The notes under the pieces are model-generated. The model saw only the letters and a list, made by a program, of their open reading frames with translations. It was not told where the DNA came from and did not search any database. This document shows, in pieces, positions 1 through 15,000 of a stretch of DNA of 64,000 nt. Position numbers and translations under genes: made by a program. Every line of letters begins with the position of its first letter. Within the stretch, counting starts at the first letter, position 1. This stretch comes from Balanoglossus misakiensis (lineage: Eukaryota > Animalia > Hemichordata), in the NCBI GenBank assembly GCA_040954595.2, contig CM082577.2:9635846-9699845 (forward strand). The letters are read 5' to 3'.

Positions 1-2136
1 TCCATTATTCAGTATGACTTTGTATGACATTGACACATTTTGTAGAATAAAAAAAAGATAGAATTCTTCTTTTATCATGAGAATGTAATCTTTTACAGGG
101 TTTTCTGGAAGTTGGCCATTTATTCTTCGACCGTTGATGACAGTGTAATATAGTGTGAAAGGTTAGTGACTTCAAGAGTCATCAAGGTGAGGGGAATGAG
201 AGACAGATATACAGACAGTGAGAAAGAGAGGGAGATGGATATTATACTTTGTCTTGTAGCAATTTGGCTGTAACTTATGCAAGCAAGGAAGTTAGGAGTT
301 TAAAATTTATCGGCAGGATGCAGATCCTGCAGATTGGCAATCTCGCAACAGGAAATCAGAATGTTAGGAGCCTGGGTTTCGCTGATGATGTGCTGGTGTG
401 GTTTCTTTTCATTAGTTATGCATTGAAATCTGAAAAAGAGCTGAACACAGTGTTCTGGACTTATGAGGATTGAACCTGGATTTCTGGTGTATTGTTTATA
501 CATGTACATAAAAAAGTTGCTGTATCTAGTAATATGCCACATTTCGTATGCAGTCATGCTTGCATGACAAAGCTGAAGATAATATGAATGTTGATACTTT
601 ATTCTCCCATGGAGATCGAGAGAATTGCCGCATTGACATGGTGGAAGGTTTAACAGATGTAATCATGTTCTTGTTGTGTTAAATTTGGCTTTCGGTTGAA
701 ATAATTCACGGCGACAACTTTATAGCGAATGGAATAAAGTCCCTGAAACGCCTGGAGTGTTATAACCCAGTGAGAGAATGTGAAATTCTCTTTCGCCTGG
801 AATGCTGCGTTTCAAATTAGCTTCGGTCCCTCAGCTGAGTCGATGCTCACTTCAGTGCGGTATTGATACAAGCAGCCAGGCGTACCCCAATTTTTTTCAG
901 TGCACAGCTACATTGTACATGTAGCAGCTCAACTGGTTAGAAATTGCTAGAAGTGTTCTTCTGCAGTTCAGCAACTATCATTGGTCAAGTGGTACATTGT
1001 ATCATGTGATGTCCACATATGAACCAATCAAAGGTAGCACAGGTTAGAAGCTGAGTATTTTGATGCTGGCACAGGTTTGAAACTGACACATTTTGATCCA
1101 AAACTGTCAAAATTGTCCATGGCATGCGTAAATCCTGCCAAAGTCAATCTGTGGAGTGAAGATGGATTTCTTCTGGGTTAAACGCATGCAACAAAAAACA
1201 CCATAAAATGTGGTGTTATTTGTGTGTTGCATATCAGACACCACCTGAATGTATGGTTACACGCCATCAAAGGCCATGGTGTACATGTACGTACAACCTT
1301 CGCGAATCTCTTTTCAGGAGATAAATATTGAAGCAGATGCTGGGCACATTCTTGGTTTGTGTACCTCAGCTGTTACCATGGAAACAGACATAGTTCCCTC
1401 CATGACTCTGTGCTGTGTTTCGTCATGAACAGATTTGCCAGGCAGCTCCGCGACTAATTTTGCTAAATACTACATCAGGTGTTCATGTATCTGCCTGATG
1501 GATTTCCTAATCCGCAGAGATATCTTGAGCGTATTTTGACTAAACCTACTCAGAAATATTGCTCGGTACATGTAGTGTACATAAAACCAGTTTGTAAGTG
1601 TCTTGCAAGCTTACAAAGCTTAATGCTGAAATGCTGTGTTTTTTTGTAAAGCTTAAATGTTGATATCTGATCTGCTAGCGTTAACAGTGATTCTCGACAA
1701 ACCACTGATTGGCACAACAGGTGTTATTTTGGCTCGTAATAAGGCACAATCACGCAAAGACTTGGAGGAAACAAAAACTGATAGAATGACAGCCAGAAAT
1801 TGGATGCCAGCTATTCTATACGTAGACTTCCAAATTAAAGCGGCCTTGTCAGCTATGCTTTCTTCCTAAGCAGTAATATTAGTATATTCGCGCAAACACT
1901 CTCAATGCCCCATTGAATGGTGTGATATACACAGTACAAAAAGACACCCGCTGCGCGAGTCTGGGTGGAATAAATGCTGTATTGGCGGGTGATTGACCAT
2001 GTGAGACGAACCGTGGTGTGAAGTCATGGTAAACAAGGAACATAGTGTTACAGTAATGTTGTGACGTGACAAAAACATGCATTGTATCGTGTACCAGTGC
2101 ACCGTGCTTGCATATCCCTTGCTGTAGTACAATGTA

Positions 2137-2330
2137 TACTGTAAAACGGGAAAATTTCACAAAATTCACAAGAGCCAAAAACCTGCAAAAATAAATAGTC
2201 AAGAAAGAACAATGTGTACAATATAATATTTTTCAGAGATAAGAGAACGCGACAATTAGTCGTGGCGAAACAGTCGCCTCTGTTAATATCGCAAACATTT
2301 CCTGTCGCGAAAATTTCCCGTTTTACAGTG
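2137..2330. mobile_element. TA-flanked MITE, Tc1/mariner-pogo-like (family A, copy 1)
   Basis: TA|CTGTAAAACGGGAAAATTT ... AAATTTCCCGTTTTACAG|TG terminal inverted repeats; interior homologous to 2699-2922 and 8499-8718; no coding capacity. Confidence 0.8.
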
Positions 2331-2698
2331 TATCCCTTCCTTCCGTCGATTCACCCGCAAGATGAAAATTTATGATTTTATTTTTATCGAGGCCTGTCTC
2401 TCATCAATTTTGATATGCAGACGTAACGTTATCTGTTTACGTGCTGTTCACTTTTTATCAGCTGTTTTCATTGATTCTATCAATATTGATGGCAATTTCG
2501 ATATTGACTGTAATTGAAATTTACATCATCTTCGCCTTGTTTTGCAATGAGGATTGTCAGAGTTTGTAAAACGTGTAGATCAATCTGTATGCCGGTTGAC
2601 CCTTTTCATGAATGACAGGTGCGAATGCTACATGTATGAAACTGATTTGATATTCCATTCAAGCAGAAGTTGTTTGTTATTACATGTACTAGTAAATA

Positions 2699-2922
2699 TA
2701 CTGTAAAATGGGAATTTTCGTGAACGATAAATTTTTGCAAACTACGTGAGAGCCAAAAAAAAACACACGAAAAATTAAGATGTTGCGTAAAAATATTTTT
2801 CGGAGATGCATGTAATGATGCCATGAAATACGAGAACGCGAAAATTAATAGTAGCGTATTGTAACAGTTGCCTCTTTTAATTGCGAAAATTTCCCGTCAC
2901 GAAAATTTCCCGTTTTACAGTA
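2699..2922. mobile_element. TA-flanked MITE (family A, copy 2)
   Basis: TA|CTGTAAAATGGGAATTTTCG ... CGAAAATTTCCCGTTTTACAG|TA; TA target duplication on both sides. Confidence 0.85.
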
Positions 2923-5523
2923 TTTCCTAAGGGGACAGTAGACGTAACTTTCATCAATTAACACAATGTAATAAAATAAATGTATGTACATTTGTATATG
3001 AAAGGTGACAAACCAATGTATATTTCAACATGCTTTGGGATGAAACAAAAAAAAACAGTGGTATATTGTATTTTCACTACAATTTCTTTCTCCAGACACA
3101 GAAATAAATTTGTGAAAGAAATCAAACTTAATAGCCAATGCAAATACTTTTAACACCTCACCACAGTAACTTTTAACGGGGGAAGTGTGTTGAAATCGAG
3201 TATAATGCTGCGAGAGTTAAATTTCACGGATGACTGATACGCCTTTCTCGCACTCCTGTCATATCGTAAATAAAACGCTAAATCGGTCGGCTACTGACAT
3301 TCATCATACGAGTTTTGAAGAAAGTAATTGGGTAACGAGTGAAACATGAATAATATGACAGAGTGGCGGTGAATCTTGAATACTTGTGCCAATTATAATC
3401 ACAAGCAACTATTTTTTGTGCGAGCTAAATTGATGTCATGTACGCACGAATGTCGAATGTGTCAAATCGAACAATGGAAAGAGAGATCACAGTACGAACT
3501 GTAATGGGTTGGTGTTATATTTGTGTGTTTTGGTTGATTTCTCGAATTTAACACGCATGGATAATTGCCTGATTCTAGTGGGTTGTTTTTTATTGAAAGC
3601 CACTTTCTGTGAGGTCTCAAAAATAGCGAAATGATTGGAGCCGGTTTTCTGCTGCGTCAAATCTCAAATAATCATCATATGCACTGTTTGCACGCTTCAA
3701 ATGAAATGAGTTGTATAGTGTGTACCTCGCCTGCCAGTTTGAAATTGAAGTGGCATCTCAAATTTTATTTTTTTGACAAATTGCATCAGTCGCAAAGAAA
3801 TGGATATTGGAGGTCGTTAGGTGATACTACACGTAGTTCGCTGATGACTGAGAATACGCATTTTGTAGTAGCCTTCTCTTCAATTTACCGAGAAATCTTT
3901 CAGGTTATGTCCCTGCAATCTCAAGATACTTTTTGTACAAACTCATTACTTTGAAAATGATTATTTTCTGGGCAAAATGGAGCGATTCATATCTTAGCAT
4001 ATATCTTGAAAACTATCTATAAAGGACCATTAGTAGGATTTTGTGCCATGCTATTAAATGTTTCGGCTTGATAAGGCTCCGCAAGAAAAAATGATGGTTA
4101 ATCCATTAATGATTTCAATCATATATCTGTGTATACATGTAATAAATGAAATATCTTGTGTACCAGTATACATGTATGGTCAAAGTGATTCAAAAGTTCT
4201 GTACTTGTTCGCGATATTTCTTGTTTCGTACTCACAAGTTGAAATGCAAACTATTTTCAAAACAGTAGGTCAGTATACATGTACTGAAGTGTATTTAGTC
4301 ATTGCGATGAATCAGTACCCTAGGTGAAAGTTCAGAACCCAAGAAATGCAAGTTTGTTAAACGGTGTACTGTAATCGTATACTCAGCACAAATGCTCATC
4401 GATATAAATGCAGATTTTCTGAACACAGTTTAATCATCTAACACACATTTGCTGCCCACAAAACTGGCGCAGACAGCTTTCGCCAGTAGACATAAATATA
4501 GCCATCTTGCTATGCCAGGCACATTTTGCCTGTAGGATTTTGCCACTACCCTAGAGATTTCCCAGTGATTACAGGGGTCGCGACCTCAACTTTCAGGCAA
4601 TTGTAATTGACATGTGCAGCCACATGCAGTTATGTAAACACTGACGTGTGACACAACTTTTACAGCATATGGCTTTGTGTAATTAAGTCGCCTAATAATA
4701 GGTGAAAATTAGATACCACCAGATCATATACACGTACCAGTTTGTAAATGACGTCAAAAATAATTGTGTGTTTTATTTTCTAAGGATGTCCTGTTTTCTT
4801 AGAAAAAGAGTGCAACTGATATTTTATTCTAAACTTTTTATGTACATGTGTACTTTGTATTTTTATTGACTCTAACTAAGCAATTCTTGTTGGTGCTTGT
4901 TGTCACCAATTCTGTCATACTATTTTTACACAGTCAGTGCTTTTTTCATGTTGCCTTTTTTCCGTTTCAGCAGTCATTTTGGGTCAAAACTAGTCTTGAC
5001 CAAATATCTACATGTAGCTGGGTATGGTCTGTGACAAAACTCGGCTAAATACTACTAGACTAGCGTCAAAACAGACCACACATCTTTCCGTTGAAATTGT
5101 CTCTGTTTGTCATCAGCTTCTATGAGTTCATTGCGGGTCAACACAAACCACAGATGCCCTACACCTGTTGGACAGCATAGCACCCTATGAATCTAATTTT
5201 AACCCGGGTTTATGCTCAAAATATAGCAGCTTGAATTAGGCCATGGCCAATCGGATTAAAATCAGATGTAGGGTATGGCGATGTCTTTTACTTACGCGGT
5301 GCAGTATTTGACAGCATAAGAATACCGTGCGCATTTGAGAGTTGTGTGTAAATGATACTCGATCATCAAATTAAAGCCACAGTATTTCTCGTAGGGGCAA
5401 AATTTTGTTTGAAACGGCATCTATAATTTCTAAAAGTAGATGATAATTGATACTGAATCGAACAGTCATCATCCCCAGCTCTGCTGATAAACTCATACAA
5501 TTTACAATATAACGAGTGAAGAA

Positions 5524-5597
5524 TGACTTTCTGTCCGGACAGAAAGTCACGTGAGTCAGGCTAATGTTGACACACGTGACTAGTGCGCATGCGCACT
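5524..5597. promoter_or_regulatory. Cluster of palindromes with E-box, AP-1 and NRF1-type motifs
   Basis: Perfect 26-bp palindrome 5524-5549; inverted GTCACGTGAGTCA/TGACACACGTGAC (5546-5558/5568-5580); AGTGCGCATGCGCACT 5582-5597. Function is inferred from motifs only. Confidence 0.35.
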
Positions 5598-8498
5598 CAA
5601 ATGTGAATCTATGCGGAAGAGGTTTGGTCGCCCCAAATCAAGCGACTCAGCGAAGAAATGCGCACTAATTCGGCGAAATTTTGGGAAGATAACTTTATGG
5701 GAGAAATCAGTCGATGGAACCAGATCAAATCCGAAAATGGTCTGACCATCAAAATGTCAAAGTGGCACGTTTGCTGATCGACATGTACAACATTTCCGTT
5801 GTAAACAAACCCGCGCATCATTTCAAGTGTTACGGGCGATATTTTCGGCTTGCATGTAGCTACAATTGCCCAAACCTTTCTTACATCTTCATTATATAGT
5901 ATTCCATGATGGATGTACTGGAAAAACGGGCTTTATTCGATGATGAAAAATGGATGCACACGAGAAATACTGGGGCTTTAATAAGTCAGGAGACGTCTGT
6001 TATTTCTAAGCTTTCGTCAAAAGGAGCGTTGTTGTGCACTTACAGAGCTGTAAATTAAGATCCAACATGTCATCCCTAAATTAAAACTTGGGTGACACAG
6101 ACCAGCTGTTACAATGAGTGATTTGTGCCCAGGGAGTTAGGATTGCTGTAATTTGAATGTTTAGATATGATTTTCTGATGCATCAGCAGAGTACAGAGAA
6201 GAGTTTTTCCAATTAAAATAAAGTGGATTAAAGTGGATATACTGACATGATTTATTGAATATTACACAATGGATTTTATTATATTATCTTCCCTTCAATA
6301 TTAAAGTCCTAAGTTTTTATTATAATTTCTTGGGTTCAACAATGTATTTACCTACATCATGTACATATAGCATTGTGGTGCCATATTCAAGGGACTTCCA
6401 ACTTCACAATTCACTTAACTTCTTATTCAAACCCAATTGCCAGAAAGCTTCAATTCAATAATATTTGGTGACGACCAACCAACCTGCTATCTAATCCCAG
6501 ACAACCATGTGTTACAGGCGTTTTTATCAAAACAGATTGATTTGTACTTTTATCAAATTGGTAGGGAACTCCAATGGCTATCTCTCGCTCATGAAAAGTC
6601 GGCTTGAACTGTTTGCCCTGACAGCTTTACTGATAAGACTGTGGAGTAAATCAAGTCTCGCACAAGTCCCACTGAATTTGCCCCGAAGGCACAATGTATG
6701 TGTCAGGGCTGTTAGATGGTGGATGTATCTCTCAAATCACTGTTGTCTCTATCTATTATTAAAACACAGACGGATCAGTGATCTTGGAATTCTGTCTCGC
6801 TCCTGTTGAAGTGTCCAGAGGCTTTATTGTTAATTCTTTGACTTCAACACCGCTCACAATAGTTCCTCTAATGCGATTTTCATTTACTTGATTTTAGGGA
6901 TGGGCCACTTGATATGGGGGGGGGGGGGGTGTTAGAAAGAAAAACCCTCTTCTGTATGTTGACAAATTAGATCCATACATGTACTTTTCTGAAACAGACT
7001 GAGGGTTTGCCTTTCCTGGGAGTTATTTTAACATTACTTAAACCATTCTTAGATGTGTTGATGGTGAAAATGAAAGAGTTTCTCTTGATTTAATTCCTAC
7101 TGCTAACAAGTTTGACAGTGCCCTATCAAATGTGTTTTAATATTTAAAAAGAACACATCCCGATAGCAAAGTATCATAATTTGTAATTTTCAGTTGCGTG
7201 TCTAAAACAAATGGTGGAACTGGCAAGCTTTGAAAGGCTAAGTGTCAAAAGCCTTTGGTTATGCAAAGCCTACCAAGCACGTCACCGTTCAAATTTGACT
7301 GTGTCAGACACACACAGACTGAGCCTTACATCTGACAGGGGATTTATTAAAAAGTGAGCCATGGTTGTTTGTTCAACTGTTCACTCTAAAATCGTGCAAA
7401 CAGTGATAGATCTTTTAGGAAAAGGCCAAACCAGGAAAAACAAATGAATTGACATGGATCTAATTATGTCAGCTGTCATTTGCAGACTGAAGGAAATTGC
7501 CGTTGCAAGATTAAACATGATATGTTCCATCAAAACACGTTTAGTTGTTGGCAGCCAGTATTGGCAAGTTCTGTACCCATGCACGTGATTTGAATGCTGA
7601 AGTTTCGCGACAGTAGGTAAATCTTCAAGTAGTGTTCTTTCACATTGAACTGAAACACGAAAAAAGACCATTTGTCATGAAAAAATCAACAGAAATTCTC
7701 CTAGCCACAAATATCTTTAAGTTGGGCAAACCTGATATACCAACTGCATAAATCACATCTTTTTGTATTTAAAAATAATTATAGTTGAATAATTTAATGT
7801 ATGTTTCTGAAACTAATACCATGTACATTGTTGATTGCATAATTTTGGTATATATACCAGAAATGATGTCATCAAAGCGCAGTCCCTCTAACCAGGGCGA
7901 CTGTGATACCAGCAACCACTGGGAGACTAATTAAGTTCTATTAAATCATTGAGTCAGCACAAGCAAGCAGCAGAAGAATATATTAATTACCTTCCTACAT
8001 AAATTATAAAGCCAAATATGAAGGCCAGAGTGAGCGACTTTGTCCCTCTAAAGTTTTGAAAACCTGAAAGCATAAACGGCCACTTCAACTAAATCACCTT
8101 GCTGCATAAACATGTACTTGTGTTTACATTCAGCGATTGCCATAAACTTCACTCGGGTTATAGACGCGTCCTCGGCGCTGCATGTCTACACACACAGCTG
8201 CCCGAAATCAATATCATTGGCAGGCAATTTCACGCGCACAAACAAACACACTTAAGGGCAAGTCTTTTCTATTCAACTCGCGATGCGCAAAGTTTTGAAG
8301 GTAATCAGAAAGAGATGGCTGTGTATTTGTTTTAAAATGACATGAACAGCACCAGTAAATTGTCTGTTAACTGCCTTTGTTCTTGGCTGTCATTCAAGTG
8401 GAAGGGTTGCAGACCGGTTGATGGAGGGACCGTGTCTAACTCGATCAGCAGGCCCCACAGTACACCAGCAAACCAGGCAGGCTATATGCATGTAGTAC

Positions 8499-8718
8499 TA
8501 CTGTAAAACGCGAAATTTTTGTGACAGGAAATTTTCGCGATACCAAAAGCGGCAACTGTTTACGCGATGATTAATTTTCGTGTTCTCATATTTTACTGCA
8601 TCATCTGCGGATAACATTTTTACGCTACCTTTCTCGTTTTTTTGGGGCTCTCGCGTAGGTCATGAAAAATTATAGTTCGCGAAAATTTATCATTCGCGAA
8701 AATTCCTGTTTTACAGTA
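8499..8718. mobile_element. TA-flanked MITE (family A, copy 3, opposite orientation)
   Basis: TA|CTGTAAAACG ... CCTGTTTTACAG|TA; interior is the reverse complement of copy 2. Confidence 0.8.
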
Positions 8719-11700
8719 TTTCTGGTGCCACAATGCGGTGTGTGCTTCCCATAAGGCTTAGACAATATCATATAATTTGTAGTATTATCTGACATAATGT
8801 GTGTGTATTCGTAATGAGTCTCATGGCCCAAAACAGTGAAAACCATGGAAGATAATAATCAATTTTTAAAATGATGAAATTTCAATCCATTCATTGGATG
8901 TCAATTAGCAAAATTGGATGTCTGGTTTTGACGAATACTTCTCCAATTCATAGTCAGTCTGCCACGCTTGTAGATGTTTGCCAAGGGCCAGTGTTTCTAC
9001 TGTTTATTGAAAACCTCAATCACCGCATCATTAAGGGTGATTTTGAGTAAATTGTTCAAATCATTCTTGGTGTGTTATTGCTTTAAGTGGCGAATGAGAG
9101 AGCGAGAGACGAGAGGTGTGTGTAATCCACTTTGAATGAGTCCTTGTTACGCGACAATCGACGAGATGAGGTTGTATTGTCCGCTGCTTATAATTACGGA
9201 TAATTGAATGCCCTTTACACAGCGTCCAGGCAGTTTGTACTATTAACCTAGCGGTAATTGTCACGGTCTTGTCACTCAAAAGGAAGTTCCATTCAGATTC
9301 GCAGGGAGGCACGGGCAGTAAGTATTGTTGATTAATTAGCCACGGCAGTTTAGCTTTAATGAAGTCTGGCTGTTTTCAATCAGCTCCCGCTTCAGGGTGT
9401 AATGGATCTACGCAGTTAGAGCTCTCAGACCGGATACGCAGGCCCTGACAATGTGGATACTGTCTGCAGAATGTACATATTGGTGCTTTTCACAGTGCTT
9501 TTACTTCTATGAGTTAACAATTTCCTCCCTAAACATGTTAAAATTCCTAATATACAGCTTACAAAAACAGCCTGTACATTGTACACCCATATACAATGTA
9601 ATGACTAGATTGTAAACCTCCCCAGTGCATCATTGAATTCTTATATTTTAATTATACATTGTGTATTTTCCTCTGGGAAATTAATACTTTATTCCAGACA
9701 AATCAAAATTAAAAATTAAGAGTCACTAAATTTTTAGATTGCTGAACTTCACTTCAAAATATGTCTTCAGAATAGCTGCTGAATACGATAAGAAGAATTT
9801 GAATTGTCAGTTTTCTTTGAAGTGACATTTTGTATCTTTATTTCTTTCTCTGTTACGGAAACTGGCTGTATGTAAACTTTTCAGGAGCGAGGATTGCCGG
9901 TAGAAAGATTTATACTATAGAAATAGTGACATGAGTGGGTAATATCGCATGCAATGCCGATGCATTATGTAGTGTGCAGATAATCCGCAGAGAGAATGCT
10001 GATTTCGGAGTCATGGGGTCCTGGTTTGTAGGAATTCCGTAATGGCTAATGAAGCTTATGGCTATAAAGCTGCTCATGCTTGTCGTTAGATGTAAGATGA
10101 TTGCCGTGTTAAAAGATCTCTCTTGCTGAAATATAAGCTTCTAAACCTTGTGAGAAAAGTTGATAGCATCTCAACAACAACAAAAATCTGCACCGTTGAA
10201 AGAAACCGTTTGATGACTCTACAGATTTCACAAGTCAGTTTAAATCATTTTGTGATTTTAAATATTTGCGAAAGTGGAACTCTCGTGGGCTGTGCGAGAA
10301 AAATACTTAACTTTGAGGGTGCTTTTTAGTTTGCGGACAAATTGGGAGGTCATCTGAGGTTGAGTTTTGAGTTTTCATACGCTGGACAAAGAAATCCATT
10401 GACTGTGAAAGAATGCTGGCACTTGATTGGTCCATGTGCTTTTTTATAAGCAGGTGGTTTTGAATGGGATATTAATGGTTCAAATCATGTGAAATTGCAG
10501 CGGTTTGAACCATTTGTATTAGAGTCTAGTACATGTAGTCTTGGAATATAAAAATTACATCTGTAGGCTACGTGTATATCTGACCATCTGTGACAACCAA
10601 TACAAAAAATAAAAGCAATAAAATTTCTGCATCAATCCTGATAGAATTGTATTTTTTGCACGGTCCATTGCCAGTAGTCTGCCACAGCATGTCTCTTGCA
10701 TCATAGAAGTTTCAACCTTCTGTAATGGGACTGCACTCTCATCCAGTCTGTGCCCTTAATTCGAAGTTAATCTCCCCCGTTTAAAGAAAAAAAAATGGCA
10801 GTACTGTCTGAAGGTTAGATATGCCTGTTTTTAGTAACAAGTCTCCCTCTCCCTGCAATTTGCGATCAATCCTGTTCTATTCTTAGCCTTGATACTGTTT
10901 GAACATCTTGTACACGGAAAATCCATACCATGGTTGGGTAGTCAGTAACCTTGAAAAGAGAGAAAAGAGCATTACAGCTGCCACAGACATCAGCTTTCTT
11001 CAAAACCCTGAATTGATTTCTATAAATTTCCTGTTAAATGAATTATTTTCGTGTGTCCAATGAAAAAAAGGTAATTTATCTATATCGGCTTCCTCAATGC
11101 TGAATGTTTAATGATAAAAACCCATTATCGATCGACTGTAGTGTGATGGAAATGTCCACGCAGGTGGCTGGGTGACAATTCGGTATTTGCTTTGTGAAAT
11201 TTGTACTGGGTGTATATGTACATATTCCGGCATTTGGATTTTGAGTCACTTCTTGATGCTTATTGTAGAAGCTGTGGTTCAGTTCATTCTCTGGTGTCTA
11301 CATTGTACCGGCTTATCGTACATCGTACGTGTGATTAGCATGGACCTCAAGGCTAGGCTGTGCCATCTCAATCTGATGTAGGGTGCGGTGACATCTTTCG
11401 CATTACGCAGTACAGTATTGTGAGGCAACAGCATATGAATACCATACTGCTTATTGAGTAAAAGATGTCGCCATACCCTACTTCTGAGCATCTAAGCCTT
11501 CGTTTTAACCCCTAAACCATTGTTAGCTATTAATGTGGAACTTTCACTCCGGGAAACAAAATAATAAGAAATAATCTCCATCATTCTCATTGTCAACACA
11601 TTATTTAAAAATATCTCTGTTACAGTAAAAATACAACAGTCATTTAGAATCAATTTGACAGATTTTTAATTGTTCCAGTTTTTGGTAACACGCTACAAAT

Positions 11701-12040
11701 CCAAGTGGTCAGGAGGTACATGTACTGGCAGGGCATGTCCAGTGGGCTTTATTTTTCTGGGGTTACTGCAAGAATCAAAGTATTCTTAACTTCAGTTTCA
11801 TATCTTTTCTTACGTTCTGTTATAAACACAGAAGAAGAACACATGTATCATGAGCTTTGTCAGTGTGTAGCTGTGCATCCTCATAGTCACCTGATGAATG
11901 CACAATACGTTCTCAATTTCAGGCGCTGTACTTTTTTCCCTGTAAATTAGGATCAAGGAATCAGTAGAGAGTTGTTGAGACCGCAGACTAACGAGCTAGT
12001 TAAAGGGCTTTAAATCAGCATGATTTGATTCTGCAACGGT

Positions 12041-12061
12041 AGAGAGAGAGAGAGAGAGAGA
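12041..12061. repeat. (AG)n microsatellite
   Basis: About 10 AG units. Confidence 0.9.
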
Positions 12062-15000
12062 TCTGTAATTGGAGTTTCGATGTGATGTGGCATATTCCCC
12101 GAGTGATCTCGACGACAATGGAGAGGGCCAAACAGAGGCAGGAATTGCCTCCCTGTCGCAGATGACGCACATCCTGCAGTAAGAAAGGAAATCAGCTAAC
12201 AAGCCGACTCAAAAAAAAGTACACCGCATTTCGAGTAAATGTCAGACAGAGATAGTTAAAACAGCATCGGTAACCGACGGACTTAAATCCCCACTGACCT
12301 ATCTGCATTAAAAAGGATAAGATATGTGTAACCGTAATCTGTCGGTAGTGAAAGGAAGGGCTTTTGATCGTTGTAAAAAAAAACATCTCGCGAACAGTTT
12401 CTCTACTGGTATATCTGCCTGTCGGGCATGTGCATTGAAAATGTGAAAAAAGTTGAACGTACGCACATGTCGGGAGACGGCATTCAGAGTTTCTTCAATC
12501 ATCTCAAAAGCCGAGGATGAATATAAACTTTTCATGCCCGGATAATATTTTGAGCGCGAGCGTGAATCTTTAACAAGCGGCGGTGTGTGTCCTGAAGGCG
12601 CAACTGGATATTTGTCGGATTTCGGTGCCTGAATCTGATGTGGGTGCTTTGTTGGTGACGAACACTGGAAGAATTATCATGCATGATATCAAACCTTAAT
12701 AGGTGAAAGCTGGAATTTGATAACATATATTCCAGTGCATGCTGTTTTTTGTTCGTACAATATACCGCTATCATGTGACTTTACAGCTTGAATTTTCGAC
12801 AGAAGATGGCAGAGTACATGTATGTACATGATATTTCGCTCTGGAATAGGCCGATTATTCTGTAACTTTTGTGCAGGGGTTCTTATGAAAAAAAGCAAAC
12901 CCAGCACATACATTGCACAATTTTTCTTGTTCTAAAAATCTGAAGTTGCATGTATTCAGATGGCGTGGTGCACTGTGTCCTTAGGACAACAAATATATTC
13001 TAGTCAAGTAATCTGACGTCTTCAACAACTCACAACTCTTGCGTCTTATCAGAAAGTCTCTCATCTCCTCAGTCTGTGACAATGAAACCAAATTCATCTT
13101 ACTATATTCCTTGTGAGTATCTTGAATCACTGTCATGCAGTCTTGTGTTTCAATCGAAAACGCCCTTGCGTGAGATGAAACCTTTGATTTGGGATTCACA
13201 AAGTCGGAGTCACTAATTGCAATTTGAGAGTAATTGTTCTGGTGAAAGATTAAATGTGTTGAAAGCTGCACTTGATTTTGAGTATCATAGGCCAAGTTGT
13301 GCATGTACATGTAATGTCTAAATTTCAAACGTTTTTTATGTTCGGTATCCCACACTTTTATAGAAAGTTCCTGAAATGCTTCTGATAGCAATGGAGCACC
13401 CAAGTCATGGACAGCTGTAGGGCAGGGCAAAGGAATATGTGTGAAATGATTGATTGATTTTGTTATTCTCTTTGGCGAAAATAGTTATTTCCTCTGATTA
13501 AAATGCAGTAATGAATCGGAAGTCATCATTGTTGATCCCAGGATACAGGAAGAAAGGTGCTGCGCATAAATAATGAGCCTTGCAAGTGTGCAACAATTCT
13601 CTGATATGAGTGGGAGTTTTTTCTTTGTTTTAATATATCATGAGCTAGTGGACCCTGGTAATTCCGTACATTTGTCAAATTTGGAATGTTTCAAGGAATG
13701 GTCGACTCGTTTACCCTTTCTGGCTGATCCCTCTTGTTAAGTGATTTTTGAAACAACTGAATATGGTCGCCCTGCTAATTTATACCAAATTCATAAATTT
13801 TTGGTTATTTTATTATTGTATTTTGTGATTACAAAATTAGTTTCTTTATGCAATCTTATTGATATGTCTGTGTGGCAGTCGCATTGGACATTTCAAAAAT
13901 TATATATGAGGGCAATTATCTTTTCATAAATGATGTCAAAATTTCTCTCTGTGATAAGCATGATCAAACGGATGACAATTCAAATTCGTTCTGATAGAGA
14001 AATATTGTATGTCGTGCATACGGGAAGGTTATATTTCACGTTGTCAAGATTCCTTATGTGGAGAATTCATTTTGTATCGAGAGGCATGTAATTCGCTTGT
14101 CTCCACAATTTATCACAAATACTAAACCAATAAATATCCTTGTGCCTGTGGGGAAAAACAATCCAGTCATTTGATGTTTTTCTCCGATAATTCAGTTTAC
14201 CGTTAGAACTCAATTTTCAAAGCAGGAATTCATTTATCCGTCCAATTTGCTCGTCGATTGTGAGCTGGTAAATTATTTATTTCACTTGTTCATTTTGTCA
14301 TGATACGCTGTAAATTATAGTAGAGTCTGGTAGTGCAGGCGTGAAATTTCCACAGCTTTTCTCAGTTTCCGTCAAAATAAACAAGATGTACTACTAATTC
14401 TCTAATTCTGAAACTCACAGTCTCTCTAGATTCTGAAATAGCGCTATCAGAATAAATTTATGTTTCTGGAAAACAAACCTATATCCCGTGGCACATACAT
14501 CAAGAATCAGGGAAATATATCTCATAATGAAGTTTATACTTATGATATAGTATGACGAAGATACGCTGCATGATTTGATGACATTTCACACTGACAGCTC
14601 TTGGCGAAAACTGTTGTGATTTTTGTGCGTCATCCAAGTCAGATGAAGTCACAGTGTTTTGTATTCGCTCTATCCAATTACCTTCAAGCCATGGAGGATA
14701 ACAAACGATTCCTGAAAAAAAACCGTCGAATTTCGAAGCTGTCAAAAGAGCATAACAGCTTCGGTAGTGGCCGTAGGTGAAAGAGCAGATGTCGTGAAAA
14801 TCAATTTTCAATCGGCTCCAAAATGCCAGTGCTTGTCTGCACTTATTCGATTCTGGCCCTACAGCATCAAGAACACAAGAAAAGATCTTTTTATCCCCTG
14901 AAATGAAATATTTGGGTGAGAAGTTCAATGGCAGGAATGGCTATAAATTGTACCATTTGTGTGACTTTATTTGAGACATGTCAATTTCCTGATATTTGTC

